Positions 13,190 to 27,611 of a stretch of DNA of 64,000 nt are shown piece by piece; position 1 is the stretch's first letter; every line of letters begins with the position of its first letter. The position numbers were made by a program, and so were the translations under genes. The stretch lies in contig NC_043005.1 in assembly GCF_006345805.1 (NCBI RefSeq), forward strand, positions 18,414,001 through 18,478,000, in the 5' to 3' direction. This DNA comes from Octopus sinensis (Eukaryota). The notes below the pieces were generated by a model. That model did not search any database and was not told where the DNA came from. It was given only the letters and a program-made list of their open reading frames with translations.

Positions 13190-13675
13190 TTTCTTTATTG
13201 GCCACACAGGGCTGCACAGAGTATAACTTTTCTTTTGGGGGATGAAAAAAACAAAAAAAACAAAAAACAAAAGAAACAAAAAATATGTGGCGTAGGTTTT
13301 CGATCAAAAGGGATCGTAAAAGGAAAAAAGAAAAAAAGGAAAAGAAACAAAGAATAGAAAAAGGAAAAAAGGGAAGAGGAAAAAAAAACGATCAATAGGG
13401 ATCGTGTATCACAGTGTCATGATGTACGGTGTAAAGGGGGAAGGAGATAAGGTTTATCCGTGGGCAGAAAAGCCTACAAAAAAGACCACGGTAACCTCGG
13501 TCAATATTGTTATATGTTACCACATTTGTTTGCAAATGGGTGACCCTCTGTTTTCAGTTTCTGAGTTCATAGGATTATGCTCAAGGTGGCTTCGTCATTC
13601 ATACGTGCCACCCTTGCTACATTCACCCATCTTTTTTTAAAACATTCGCTAGACAAAACTTGCCTCTCTACTCTC
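13190..13675 (-). mobile_element. 5'-truncated Tx1-type LINE 3' end in (TATC)n, copy 1
   Basis: ORF2 end RVERQVLSSECFKKRWVNVARVARMNDEATLSIIL*, then 3' UTR ending GCAGCCCTGTGTGGCCAATAAAGAAA, then (TATC)n. Confidence 0.85.
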
Positions 13676-13766
<91 letters not shown>

Positions 13767-13785
13767 AGATAGATAGATAGATAAG

Positions 13786-14279
13786 TTTCTTTATTGGCCA
13801 CACAGGGCTGCACAGAGTATAACTTTTCTTTTGGGGGATGAAAAAAACAAAAAAAACAAAAAAACAAAAAACAAAAGAAACAAAAAATATGTGGCGTAGG
13901 TTTTCGATCAAAAGGGATCGTAAAAGGAAAAAAGAAAAAAAGGAAAAGAAACAAAGAATAGAAAAAGGAAAAAAGGGAAGAGGAAAAAAAAACGATCAAT
14001 AGGGATCGTGTATCACAGTGTCATGATGTACGGTGTAAAGGGGGAAGGAGATAAGGTTTATCCGTGGGCAGAAAAGCCTACAAAAAAGACCACGGTAACC
14101 TCGGTCAATATTGTTATATGTTACCACATTTGTTTGCAAATGGGTGACCCTCTGTTTTCAGTTTCTGAGTTCATAGGATTATGCTCAAGGTGGCTTCGTC
14201 ATTCATACGTGCCACCCTTGCTACATTCACCCATCTTTTTTTAAAACATTCGCTAGACAAAACTTGCCTCTCTACTCTC
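13786..14279 (-). mobile_element. 5'-truncated Tx1-type LINE 3' end in (TATC)n, copy 2 (604-bp tandem duplicate)
   Basis: Same as copy 1 with the same 5' breakpoint; identical ORFs at 13404 and 14008. Confidence 0.85.
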
Positions 14280-14371
<92 letters not shown>

Positions 14372-15820
14372 ACTTTTATGTCTATAAACAACTATATACA
14401 AATACATGCGAATCTTCAGATAAGAAATTATATCAGACGTTTTTAGTAAATGGAAAATTGCATAATTGTATTGTTATTTTAGCGAATATTAATTGACCAA
14501 AGTCCATGGGTGACATCTTTCTTGCTAAATCTTCCTGACGCTCTTAACACGATTGCTATGCTGGAGTTTATAGAAGTGGCTGTAGACTTTAATATTAATT
14601 CTAGATAACAAAGCTATTGATTCCTTCTAGCTTTTGTTGGAAGATTTTCTATTTCATATTGTTGTTTAATTAAGTCTTAACTGTATGAATGTGATAAACA
14701 CAAACTCATTGTATAGAGAGTTATGTAAAATTACTGGATCGGAAAGGTCATCGCTGTAAGCAATGTCTCCATGCTGTGTAGTCAGACAAGAATGTATGTG
14801 TATGCATGTGAGTGCGTGTATGTGTGTGTATAAGTGTGTATGTGTGAGTGTATATATGTATTCCTCTCATTCTTTCTCCTCCGTAGTTATATATACTTTT
14901 GTATGCATATATATACATATATATATATACTGATATATACTTGTAATGCATATATGTATTTGTAAACATATAGTTGTGTATATATATGTGTATATATATA
15001 TGTATGTGTGTAAGTATCTATGTATGCACGTACGTATGTATGCTTGTATGTATGTATATAAGTATGTCTGGATGTGTGTGTGTGTATGTATGTATGCATG
15101 GATGGATGTATGTATGATCGAATGTATATCTATTTCCGTTGCTCCTGGCCAACAGCAGGCGGTGCATATTATCGTGTTTGTCATGTTGTCATATCCTATA
15201 TAAACTGCGCTGTAAATTTTTCAGCTTAGTATGTAATAAATGTAAAATTTTAAAACTGATAATCACACAAGTTTCCGCAGCATCTAGATTGGTTATCCAT
15301 CAAAATATCATCATTTTTCTTTCTCAATGGAAAGTTATCGAAACAACGCATTGATTCTGCAGATGGCTACATATATACATAAATGCATATATACATACAT
15401 ACATACATACTTATATACATATTTACAAAAATATAGAGAGACATACACACGCGCACGCACAGATACATACTTACATACATACATACGCACACACACATGC
15501 ATACTTTTATACATTATACATTCATACACGCATTCATACATCCATACACACACACGCATACATGCATGCATACACACACACAAGAAACTGAATAATTCTA
15601 AATATACATATATATCTATATGTGCGTTTGTACATGTGTTTGATGGGTTGTTTGTGTGTGCGTATGTGTGTGTGTGTGAATGTGCTGTGTTTTTACAGAA
15701 AATACTTGAAACTGTCAACATATTTGAAGATTTTCTTAAAAGTTATTAACTATTTAAAAATTCTTAGAAAAAACAATGACACAAACCTATTGAAATGAAA
15801 TTTCGAAAGGATTATGTGTT

Positions 15821-15888
<68 letters not shown>

Positions 15889-16889
15889 GCGTTTGTGTTT
15901 GTATGCATATATATATGCATGTAGATGCGTGTATATGTGTGTGCGTATGTGCGTGTGTGTGCTTGTCTGTGTGTGTATTTATATATGTATATAGTATGTA
16001 GACGTATATTCACACACTTACGCACAAGCACGTTTACACACATACACACGCTGATGCAGACACGATATTCTAAGAGTAGGAGAGCATAAATTTGTGCAAA
16101 CCTATGTATTAAAGGTTATGGAACATTATTTGAACAGTGACAGAATACAGAATCTATGTTGAAAGAATAAGTATACAAGGCTCACAGAGAAGATGAAAAT
16201 TTGGAGGTTGTTCGTGGAGAATGATTATAAACGCTTGACATATAACACGTATCTCGTGGTTGTATATAGAAAGTGTATAAGAAAACTTTTAATGTTTTTA
16301 GCTCCCGATCAAGTTTTTTGTTTCTTATAGCAGAGAAACAAATAGTTGTGGCATTAAGGAAGCGACTTGTCTTTATTTCTTTCCTTCCAACGTTGAGCTC
16401 AGCATTTATTTTCTGCATAAAATCAAGCAGTAGATGCAGCAGCAAGGAAGTGAAGAGAGTTTCAGTTTTGGTTTAATCTGCTGAGTTCTGTAACAAAATA
16501 AGAGGCAGAGAGAGAGACAGACAGGCAGAGACAAAGACAGAGACAGAGAGACAGAGAGAATTCAGAGAGAAAGCGAGAGAGCACAAATGCTTGTTTTCGG
16601 TCATAAATAATCCATTGCAAGCAAGTATCGTTCATCCGCTTAATGTTACTGTTATCCGAGAGAAACAGCATCAGTAGACTTCTTCATCATTCCAGTGAGT
16701 CAGATAAGGGATGGGGCAGAAATCAAAAACAAAGACGCAAATGTAGGATTATCACCATAGCGCACTAGCTAGCATGTTGCCAGGTGAAGTAAATCCGTCG
16801 GCTGGAAAAGTTAATCTATGAGGTGTTATGCATAGTAGTAGTCCACGCGAGGACACACGCTCACGCGCGCATATATATATATATATATA

Positions 16890-16926
<37 letters not shown>

Positions 16927-17075
16927 ACATACATATATATGAGTGTATGGGTATGTGTGTGTTCGTGTGCCTGCGTGTATGTATGTGTATACACACACAA
17001 ACACACATACACACATACATACATATATACATCTACATAAATGTGTGTCTATGTCTACATATATGTGTGTGTGCG

Positions 17076-17119
<44 letters not shown>

Positions 17120-17273
17120 TACATATGCATATATATACATATATATATATATATATACATACATATGCATATATATACATACATATATACATACATATGC
17201 ATACACATACATATATATATTTTTTACTTACAGGTAGACATACATATATCTGCATATATGTGTGTATGTACAT

Positions 17274-17367
<94 letters not shown>

Positions 17368-18074
17368 TGCCGGTTTCAGCGGTTGCATGATTAGTGGAAG
17401 AAATCTCGCGACACATCACGATAGTGTCTGACTTGAGGTTAAAAATAAAACTTAGTTAAGTGTCAGCCAGATTGTGTAGAAAGTAATAGTAACTGACAAG
17501 AAAGAAAATTAAGGTCGTATCAAGATGAAGATCATATCTTTATCATGATTTCCCTCCATTTTGTTTCTTCCGTCATCTGTCACTTCTGGTATTATTTTTA
17601 TCTATTATCTATTTATTAAAAGTATTTATTGTTTTCCACATTTCTATTGTTCTGTTGGTCGTTATTGTTACTTTTATACTGTTCGCCACACCGTTTCACT
17701 TGATATACTTGAATACAGCCACACCTATAGACTTCATTTTTTCTGTTTTGTTTTAATTGCTTCTTTCGTTTGTATTTTGCCTTTGTTTTGTATCTGAATA
17801 TCTTGGGACTTCGACCTCAATAGGAAAAATAAAAATAAAATATTTGCTTCATTTGTGTTGGAGTTGTTATTATTATCTTTGTATACTATGAATCTTTCCT
17901 TGTTAATAGAATACCATCTATACTTACTTTTCTTTCCCTTTCTTTTTTTTTAACATTTCATTATATGTAAACACCCATACTTCATGACTGTCAATGTATT
18001 GTCCCTCTCATCCTTCTCTCAGGCAAAAGAAATCATCATCATCATTATCATCATCATCATCATCATCATCATTA

Positions 18075-18900
18075 TTTTATTGTCTTTGCACAGCTTCTAA
18101 CGCTGGAGATGTACTACTGTATCTGCTGTTCGCTACCAGTGAACTAAGGTAACCCCCCCATTTTTTTCGAGCACCATCCGGAGTATTCGAGCAGTTCCAA
18201 GCAGTGCTCTTTTCTACAAGTGCTCCACCTTTATTGCAGCCCCTATTTGTCTCCATGTACTTCTCAAGTTCTATACTAACTGTTCCCAGGGTTCCGACAA
18301 TTTTTGTTACTACTATCACCTTTTCATCGACCACAAATGCTTAACCTTTCTAGCTAACCTATCATAGCTTTCGACTTTTCTTACTTCCTTATCACATACC
18401 TTGTTGTTATCTGGGTAAGTTATATCTATGATCCAGCATCGTTTGCTTTCTTTCTCAATTAAGACTATGTCTGGCTTCCTATTCTCTGTCTCATGGTCGA
18501 CCTGAATCAAAATCCCATAAGATCTTTGCATTATCATTTTCAATGATGCCTTCAGGTTTACGATCGTAGCACTTTTTGCTCTGTCAAGTTCATACATGTT
18601 GCAAAGTGTCCAATGGACAATCCTTGCTCTATTATAATGACGTCTCTTATATTCCTTCTGGGCTAGTGGTTTAATTTGACTGGTAATATGCCATAGTAAT
18701 ATGCCATACGGTTTCACCATTTTGTCAAAACATTATACACTTATCACTTTCTGATGTATTGTCTATTCTATATTTGAGGTAATTCATTCTTAGTGCTTGC
18801 TCTTGAGTATCACTGATTAGAGCCTCCGTTTCCAGTTTTAAATCACTTTTAGTCATCCATAGACATCTTTTTGTTTTGTCTGTCTGTCCTATCTTCAACA
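18075..18900 (-). pseudogene. Dong/R4-clade RLE LINE 3' fragment
   Basis: LKLETEALI..QEQAL, KEYKRRH..ARIVHW.LC, RKPDIVLIEKESKRCWIID (PD-D/ExK endonuclease), VIVVTKIVGTLGTV. Flanked by trinucleotide tracts. Confidence 0.9.
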
Positions 18901-19190
18901 TCCCTGTGAAATTGTCCATTATTGTTATAATAATAATAATAACAACAACAACAACAACAATAATAATAATAATTATTATTATTATTGCTGTTGTTGTTGT
19001 TGTTGTTGTTATTATTATTATTGAGTGGAAGAGTAGTGCACGCCATCAAAGTGTTGTATTAAGGTAGGTTTCAAGGTCTATTATTCTTGATTTGAAGGAA
19101 TGATCGAGCCTTATCAGGCCCCTTCCACTTATTTTTCTTGGGAGATAAATCCTGTCTACATCTGATTTTGGTTGGTGCATTATCATTATC

Positions 19191-19328
19191 AGGTCGACTT
19201 TGCCTTTCATCCTTTCGGGGTCGATAAATTAAGTACCAGTTACGCATTGGGGTCGGTGTACTCGACATAATCCGTTTGTTTGTCCCTGTTTGTCCCCTCT
19301 GTGTGTAGCCCCTTCTGGGTAGTAAAGA
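19191..19328 (+). mobile_element. 5'-truncated family A SINE, type-1 tail
   Basis: Core GGTCGACTTTGCCTTTCATCCTTTCGGGGTCGATAAATTAAGTACCAG through ...GGGTAGTAAAGAA, running into (TTA)n. Confidence 0.9.
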
Positions 19329-19331
19329 ATA

Positions 19332-19394
<63 letters not shown>

Positions 19395-19559
19395 CATTAT
19401 TATCATTATTATCATTATTATTATTATTATTATTATTGTTATTATTATCATTATTATTATTACTATTATTATTATTATTATTGTTATTATTATAATTGTT
19501 GTTATTGTTGTTGTTATTATTATCATCATCATCATTATTATTGTTATTGTTGTTGTTGT

Positions 19560-20091
19560 TGTGCATGTCATCAAAGTGACACTGGGATAAAATATACGAA
19601 GCCTTGTATACCCATCATGACTACCCATCTCATAAGGGTACACTAGGCACATGCATAACAACGCGACGTTATGATCTCGTATGAAGATAAACAGCGCATT
19701 ATCTTGGAGGTGGGGGCCCACTTAGAAATTTCTTCAGGTCGAATAGCCCATCCTTCTCAAATGGGCCTTGATTAAGGGTTGTTTAATGATGGTGAATGAA
19801 ACACCCATGTTTCCTGATGCGAATTATTCAAACCCCAAAGAATTCCTCTCAACAAACGGCTATGATGCTTCCCCACTACTTCTGCTCGTGATCAGAGATG
19901 CACATATCCTCAGCCACCAAGGGACATGTTCAACTGTCAAACAACTGACAAGCAAATCTGTGGTATTGAGCTGAATATTTGCTTTTATACCATCTTTTAT
20001 ACCAAGACAAACCAATGTACATGATAACACTTCCAATCAGTTAAGATCAGTCTATGAGAGCCACTGCCTGGTACTGCATCAGGGCATTAGC

Positions 20092-20092
<1 letters not shown>
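19560..20092 (-). mobile_element. Non-coding retroposon-like repeat embedded in (TAA)n
   Basis: Flanked on both sides by (TTA)n. Its end (ACTTTGATGACATGCAC then AAC/AAT) recurs as a short fragment at 19024-19052 (ACTTTGATGGCGTGCAC...CTC then AAT). Confidence 0.6.
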
Positions 20093-20148
<56 letters not shown>

Positions 20149-20150
<2 letters not shown>

Positions 20151-20510
20151 GGCGGCGAGCTGGCAGAAAAGTTAGCATCCCAGGCGAAATGCTTAGCCGT
20201 ATTTCGTCTGCCGCTACGTTCTGAGTTCAAATTCCGCCGAGGTCGACTTTGCTTTTCATCCTTTCGGGGTCGATAAATTATATACCAGTTACGCACTGGG
20301 GGTCGACATAATCGACTTAATCCGTTTGTCTGTCCTTGTTTCTCCTCTCTGTGTTTAGCCCCTTGTGGGTAGTAAAGAAATAGGTATTTTGCCCGCCGCT
20401 ACGTTCGACTTCAAATTCCGCCGAGGTCGACATTGCCTTTTATCCTTTCGAGATCGATTAAATAAATACCAGTTACGCACTGGGGTCGATGTAATCGACT
20501 TAATCCCCTA
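20149..20510 (+). mobile_element. Family A SINE dimer
   Basis: Full head plus unit, junction AAAGAAATA|GGTATT at 20383; second unit ends TAATCCCCTA (type-2-like). Confidence 0.9.
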
Positions 20511-20559
20511 CCACAGGTGCTATGCGGCAAATACTTGAAAGCATTAATATGAGTATTAA

Positions 20560-20597
20560 TGTGGTGGTGGTGGTGGTGGTAGTAGTAGTAGTAGTAA

Positions 20598-20693
<96 letters not shown>

Positions 20694-20700
20694 CTGCATC
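20560..20700. repeat. Compound trinucleotide tract (GTG/GTA/GCA)
   Basis: Direct reading. Similar compound tracts lie at 21995-22235 and 34130-34620. Confidence 0.95.
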
Positions 20701-21999
20701 GTAATCATTATCATTATCATCAGCAACATCATTAAGATTATTACATTTCGTTTGATTGCTTTTGTTAAGATGTAAACTTTGAGGAAACGACATGTTTCTG
20801 CAAATCGGTAAAGGTCAATGCTGAACCGCATTTCTAGTAAATTCATAAGCGAGAGACGTTAATCATAGTAAGATCAATGAACATTGACAGTTCGACAATT
20901 CCCAATGATTTGCTACAGAAATTTCCGATAGAGGCTAGTTATAGCTTATAACAATAAAAATGTAGATAATAATATAGTTTTAACAACACAATGAATATCA
21001 AATCTTTTACATAACTAAATCATACAACGCTATGGTCGATTGCTTTTTGAAGGTACTCACTAATATATAGACTAGTAAAAATTCAATTCTCCTAATCACA
21101 TCCGTCTGTCATGAGAGACTGTAATTTTACATCACTGGTCAGTCAAATGTCGAGCTACTGTACCCCCTGAGAATTTAAATCTTATTCTCTTTCTCTCTCT
21201 CTCCTTCTCTCTCTCACTCTATCTATCTATCTATCTCACTCACACACTCTCTACCATACACACACGCGCTGTCTCTCACTCTCACTATCTCTCTGAGTAG
21301 CGTCCCTTGTAGAAATTCTATAAAAAATCTCTCTCGCAGATGGTAATGTTGTAGTTGATTTTTGGTGTCTAATTCCTTTTCTCCTTCCATTGACCACGTT
21401 TCTCAGCATCTTGTCTTCAAATCATACCTTCTTTGCTGAAATCTTACAAAATCTATCTGCTTTTTAGGATGATATCGCAGGTACTGACCTTCATGTTTCA
21501 CTTGAATACATCGTTGAAATGAACTTATGGCATTCTAGAAGATCTGGTGACAGTGTCACGCGCCCGATAAAGGCTGTCTTAAGAGAATCTGCCATTTTCA
21601 TTCTCTAAGTCGACCAAATCATCTCAGACGTCGCTGTGAAAGCATAGAAAATACTTTGACGTTTCTGTCAGTTTCAGGACATTATTGTTATGGTGGCTCT
21701 CCTGCCGTTTAACACCAAGGTTTCTTCTCAGCTGTGCTCCTGGCGTGTGTATAGTGCCCGTCACTATTGTCATACATTAAAGTGTTCAGTACACAAACCG
21801 ATAGACCTTACATTAGGGAACAAGAATGGTGTTTTCTCGTATCAGCCTGGAGAGCCGAATCATAACTGTTGCTGCTTTATACCTGCGAATATTCTATTCG
21901 ATATGGAGGTCGTAGAGGTCTTTTCTTAGTCAGAGAGGTAATTTCTTAAACAATAGAAACTTAGCAAGTCACCGAGGGCTAAATTGCAACGTCAAAAAT

Positions 22000-22041
<42 letters not shown>

Positions 22042-22098
22042 CACCACCACCACTACTACTACTCCTACTATTCCTCCCCCCTCCTCCTCCTCCTCCTC

Positions 22099-22129
<31 letters not shown>

Positions 22130-22133
22130 CACC

Positions 22134-22183
<50 letters not shown>

Positions 22184-22190
22184 CACCACC

Positions 22191-22233
<43 letters not shown>

Positions 22234-22334
22234 GCTAATGCATGTCAACACAGATTAAATCACGAATGAACTGTCAGGATTAGCATAAAGTCAGTTTCCA
22301 CGAAAGGGAATGGAATAAAATAACATAAATAAAT

Positions 22335-22765
22335 AGGTGCAGAAGTGGCTGTGTGGTAACTGGATCACTTCCCAACCACATAGTCCCGGGTTCACTCCCA
22401 CTGTGTGGCACCTTGCGCATATGTCTTCTACTATAGTCTCAGGGCGACCAAAGTCTTGTGAGTGGATTTGATAAACGGAAACCGAAAGAAGCACGTCGTA
22501 TATATAAATGTATATATATATATATATATATATCTGCGTGTCTGTATATGTTTCTATGTCTGTGTTTGTCACCCCCCCCCCCCAACAACATCGCTTAACA
22601 ACCGATGCTGGTGGCTGTACGTTCCCCGTAAATTAACCGTTCGGCAGAAGATACCGGTGGAATAAGTACTAGGCTTACAAAGAATAATTCAGGCAGTGGT
22701 TTTGTTCGACTAAAAATGGTACTCCAGTATGGTCGCAGTCAAATGACTGAAAGAAATAAAAGAAT
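22335..22765 (+). mobile_element. Family C tRNA-derived SINE with an internal (TA)n
   Basis: Head GTGGCTGTGTGG...GGGTTCACTCCC, CORE-like CACCTTG..GTCTTCTACTATAG, internal microsatellite, tail ...GCAGTCAAATGACTGAAA..AAAAGA. Confidence 0.85.
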
Positions 22766-23140
22766 AAGGTGGCGAGCTGGCAGAATCATTAGCACGACGG
22801 GCGAAATACTTTGCGGTATTTCGTCTGTCTTTACCTTCTGGGTTCAACTTCCGCCGAGGTCGACTTGGCCTTTCATCCTTTCGGAGTCGATTAAATAAGT
22901 ACCAGTTACGCACTGGGGTCGATATAATCGACTTAATCCGTTTGTCTGTCCTTGTTTATCCTCTCTGTGTTTAGCCCCTTCTGGGTAGTAAAGAAATGGG
23001 TATTTCGTCTGTGGTTACGTTCTGAGGTCAAATTCCGCCGAGGTCGACTTTGCCTTTCAGCATTTCGGGGACGATAAATCTCTTTTTCTATCTTTGTTTG
23101 TCCCCTCTGTATTTAGCCCCTTGTGACCAATAAATAAAAT
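22766..23140 (+). mobile_element. Family A SINE dimer abutting the family C tail
   Basis: Head AAGGTGGCGAGCTGG; junction AAAGAAATG|GGTATTTCG at 22999; second unit internally deleted. Confidence 0.88.
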
Positions 23141-23947
23141 AAGAAATAACAGAATAAAAGAAAATAAATAGATAAATAAGTTTAAAGCATGATTCATTTG
23201 GTTCAGTTTTTGGTTTTGGTATTGCTGATGGTTAGGTGAAGATGAAAAAATTACCATAGTAGCAAAGATGATGTATGATGTGTCAACTCTAATATTGAAT
23301 TGTTGCTGTTGTTATAAGCCACAAGATCAACAGGATCGAACAGATCTTTGATAAAAGGTTTCAACATCTCGTAATTTTAGAGGTATGCAGGACTACCTTA
23401 TCGAAAGTTTACAATTCTATCTAAAGGACAGTCGGATGTCATATGACTGCAGGTTATTTCTGTTAGGTAGAACCTTCATGTAGTTTCTCCTACACTGCTT
23501 TTTCTTGAAATCACACGTCAGTTGATGCGGAGATTTTTATGAAAAATGCGCAGTGCAGGAGACATCCAGGAAAATATATTTGATTGGTTGACAAACTAAA
23601 GCCTTCACTCACCAACAATTTATGATCTCCAAAACTACTCAGCTCTCTCTCTCTTTCTCTCCATCTCTAGTTTTTTCTCTTACTTTCATTAACTTCTCCG
23701 TTTTGCATTAATGTTTTTTTCATACCAACTCCATCTCTCCTCGCACTTCCATTCGCTCTCATCTCACACTATCTCTCTCTGTTTCGTTTATCAATTATCC
23801 CCTCTCTCCTACTTACTGCATAAGTGTCTAAAACAGCAGCCTGTGGATCAAGTGATTCTCCACATTTCCTTTGGTCTTCTCAAAAAACTTTCACACAAGT
23901 AACTCCTCCGGTAAACAACTCATTGCAGTCTATTTGCTCATACATCT

Positions 23948-24031
<84 letters not shown>

Positions 24032-24097
24032 CGGAATTCACTCTCAGACGATTTTATCCCTACAGAAAACAAACTATATCAATGGGAGGGCCTATAC

Positions 24098-24321
24098 GGC
24101 TGGCAGAAACGTTAGCACGCCGGGCGATATGCGTAGCCGTATTTTGTCTGCCGTTACGTTCTGAGTTCAAATTCCGCCGAGGTCGACTTTGCCTTTCATC
24201 CTTTCGGGGTCGATTAAATAAGTACCAGTTACGCACTGGGGTCGATATAATCGACATAATCCGTTTATCTGTCCTTGTTTCTTCCCTCTGTATTTAGCCC
24301 CTTGTGGGCAGTAAAGAAATA
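24098..24321 (+). mobile_element. Family A SINE monomer, type-1 tail
   Basis: GCTGGCAGAAACGTTAGCACG through CCCCTTGTGGGCAGTAAAGAAATA. Confidence 0.9.
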
Positions 24322-24415
24322 GGCTATAGGTACTGCTATAAGAATTGTTCTACAGTGCCCCATGTAACTTGCATCTTCCAAAAATCTGTGTAAATAAAAA
24401 TTCCATAAAGATATT

Positions 24416-24448
<33 letters not shown>

Positions 24449-24980
24449 CTTCTTCTCTTCTTCTTCTTCTTCTTCTTCTTCTTCTTCTTCTTCTTCTTCT
24501 TCTTCTTCTTCTTCTCCCTTCTCCCTTCTCTCTCCTAACTTTATCACTAATGCTCTTTAGAATAACACCTACGCAAATTCTACAAACAAAACATTCTAAA
24601 GAAATATTTTCATAAATTGAACAGGGACTGTTACCATCCACTGACCATTCAAAATACTACTATCATGATACTCTCAAATTTTTCTTCTTCTTCCCCTTCT
24701 CCTCTTCTTCCTTCCATTTCTTTTCTTCTTCTTCTTCCCTACCAAGAATTCACAAGGACCTCGAACCCACACGAGTATACTAGAGACGGAGACAGGCAGA
24801 AACAAGGAAAATGCCACTTGTATTTGAATACTATACAAATATTCTTTTTAAAAAAATTTTCTTTTAATTTCTCTAAATTTAATTATTTAATTGTTACAGT
24901 TGAAAAATCTCAATGACTGAAACCGGTACTGAAATGTTTTTATAAAATTATTTTAGCATTTTCTATCTTGACTTTTTCTT

Positions 24981-25023
<43 letters not shown>

Positions 25024-25024
<1 letters not shown>

Positions 25025-25409
25025 TAGCAGTATCGCCCGGCGTTGCTCAGGTTTGTAAGGGAAATAACTATAAAGCATTTTTAGAGAGTTATAGCCAAAA
25101 AATAGCAAAAAAATGGAAAAAAAAATATGGTAAATTTTTTTTTGAGAGTTAAAAAAGGTCGAGTTGCGTCCCCTAGACAGTCTGTGGTTTGTGTTTCTGA
25201 TTCTCGACCCCATGTCGAATTTATCGATTTTTTTCAGAACTGGGGGAACTTTTCAAAATTTTCGCTGCGTTAGTTTTGAATTATGACATTGGGCTATGTG
25301 TGTGTCAAGTTTCATCAGAATCGGTTGAAAGCAGTGGTCAGGGTGAGGGTACAAGCAAACAGACACACAGAAACACACACAGACAAACTGCCGTTTATAT
25401 ATAGAGAGA
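25024..25409 (-). mobile_element. Non-autonomous Helitron
   Basis: On the minus strand: A|TC 5' end, subterminal GC hairpin (CCTGAGCAACGCCGGG) and CTAG|T 3' end, the canonical Helitron termini. Confidence 0.75.
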
Positions 25410-25480
25410 TATATACACACACGTACGTACGTATGTACACCTATTGCATACATGTTTTTTTGTACGCATGCCTGTTCGTA

Positions 25481-25534
<54 letters not shown>

Positions 25535-26695
25535 GCTCGTATGTCAACAAAACACTTTTTTCTTCGATGGAAAAAAAAACCAACAAAAGTGGTGACTTCT
25601 CCGACTTGAAAATTGTTAAAAGTTTTGGTTGAAAATTTATTTTTACTGCTATTCGATGGTGCCTCTGGTAAAAATAAGTCAGCGAAAATACAGCTAGAAT
25701 CATGACGAATGTCCTCCTAAAATTAGAGCGACAAGCGTGCTAATTTCTGGACGTGCATAAATTACATTTACGTACTCACACACATCCGGCCTTTTATACA
25801 CACACACACACACACACATATATATATGTATGTATGTATGTATGTATACCATAAACGTCAGGAAGCATGGAAATGGTTTACATTTATGTAACATCGTGAA
25901 ATCCTTAGGGTTTTCGCTCGTTTCGCAGAGTTATTCATGTAGCAATAATTTCAGTGTGGTATAGTTTTATGTTTACATTAATATGCATGCTATGCATTAT
26001 ACAATACATTAGTATATTCGTAAATCAATAGAAATAAAGGAAACTAGCTTAGCAGATCACTGAAAAATTACGGTTACACCAACGGTTCAACACTATAATA
26101 TGAATGTATATGGTGCTGTGGGATTCTCCGCCAGTTTCCACAAAGCATATTCAGTTGAGCACTTAACTGAATTTCTATTCATAAAATAAAGATGTAGCCA
26201 CTTTAGTATTCCATAGAGAAATGTACCTTTAGCGCAATTCTCAAGATGGATTGGCAGAACTTTTTGAATCAAATGTGAGATCCAGAGAGTATAATCCATA
26301 AATCGCTCTCAGTACTGGCAATTTATTAATTGGTCCCGAATAAAATTAATGGCGAAATTGACACAGATGCGATTTGAACTCAGATCCTAGGAGTCGAAAT
26401 CCGTAAGGAAAGGAATTTTATCAACATTGACAATGCACCGCCGTTATACACCGTGCATCTATAGTAGATATATATATATAAAGTGTTAAAGAGTGAAATT
26501 TTTAAAAATCTATTTTCTTAAACACAATAGTTTCTGCATTTGTTCAGCCTTAATTTTAATCTCTAAACAACCGATATTTTGTTTCATTCTTCTCAACACT
26601 ATTCTGAAATGTTTAATCTAGCCAGAAAATACAAATTTCAGAACAACAGAATTGATTTCAAAATTTCATTTTCGTATCTCATAGAAATATTCTCA

Positions 26696-26767
<72 letters not shown>

Positions 26768-26935
26768 ATCTCTCGCATTTCTGATTCTATCTCTTTCTCT
26801 ATCTCGCGCTCTTTGCATCTCTTTACGAATGTAGCGCTCTCACTAAATTTCTCAATTTCTTCCGCGTTGAGTTTCTCTCACTGCATCTCTCTTGCATGGT
26901 CTTTACGACTCTCTACCTATCACTTTCTCTTCTTC

Positions 26936-26980
<45 letters not shown>

Positions 26981-27611
26981 GTTTGTATTTCTTCTATCTG
27001 CACATTTCTCTCTCCCTCTCTCACAATATGCGCGTGCACAATAACGTATCTCTCATTCACACATTCTCTCTCCACGTAAATCGTTTTTGCTTTTCATAAT
27101 TAACTATTTACTTTTTTACTTTTTGCCTTGTCCATTGCTAATGCAGAGATTTAAATCAAGAACATTTAACCAATCAAATTTGCCAACAAAACTACACAAG
27201 TAAACAACTGTATTGTTCGACGGACACACATGGCAATGTGACAATATCATACTAGACTTGTAACGTCATAATGTTAATGCATTGAAAATCTAGCTAGTCT
27301 GCCAAGAAGGAGGTTCTTCAATGATAGAACAGATTTAGATGAAAGGCTATTATTATGACATCTATTTATTGGTTACGTGCGAGCTTTTCACTACGCTATT
27401 AACGCTAGCTCTTTGTTCTTCAGATGTGTACGGTATTACATTTTGTAGCCCTACCTATAGTGCTTTTAGTACTGTTGTTGTTGTTGGGGTTATCGCTTAG
27501 CCCAAGATCAAACATTCTAAATGTTGGAAAGGAATAAAATGGAGCAAAAAACCATCTACATCCAAAACCTTTAATATCACTAACAGACGCAAAAGCAATA
27601 TGTTTTTACTC

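Noticed and set aside
14480-14610. Open frames on both strands after AG-like sites
   Set aside because: Both end in stops after about 40 codons, have no donor and no recognisable product. Similar unsupported ORFs lie at 16182-16476, 21690-21929 and 26093-26299.
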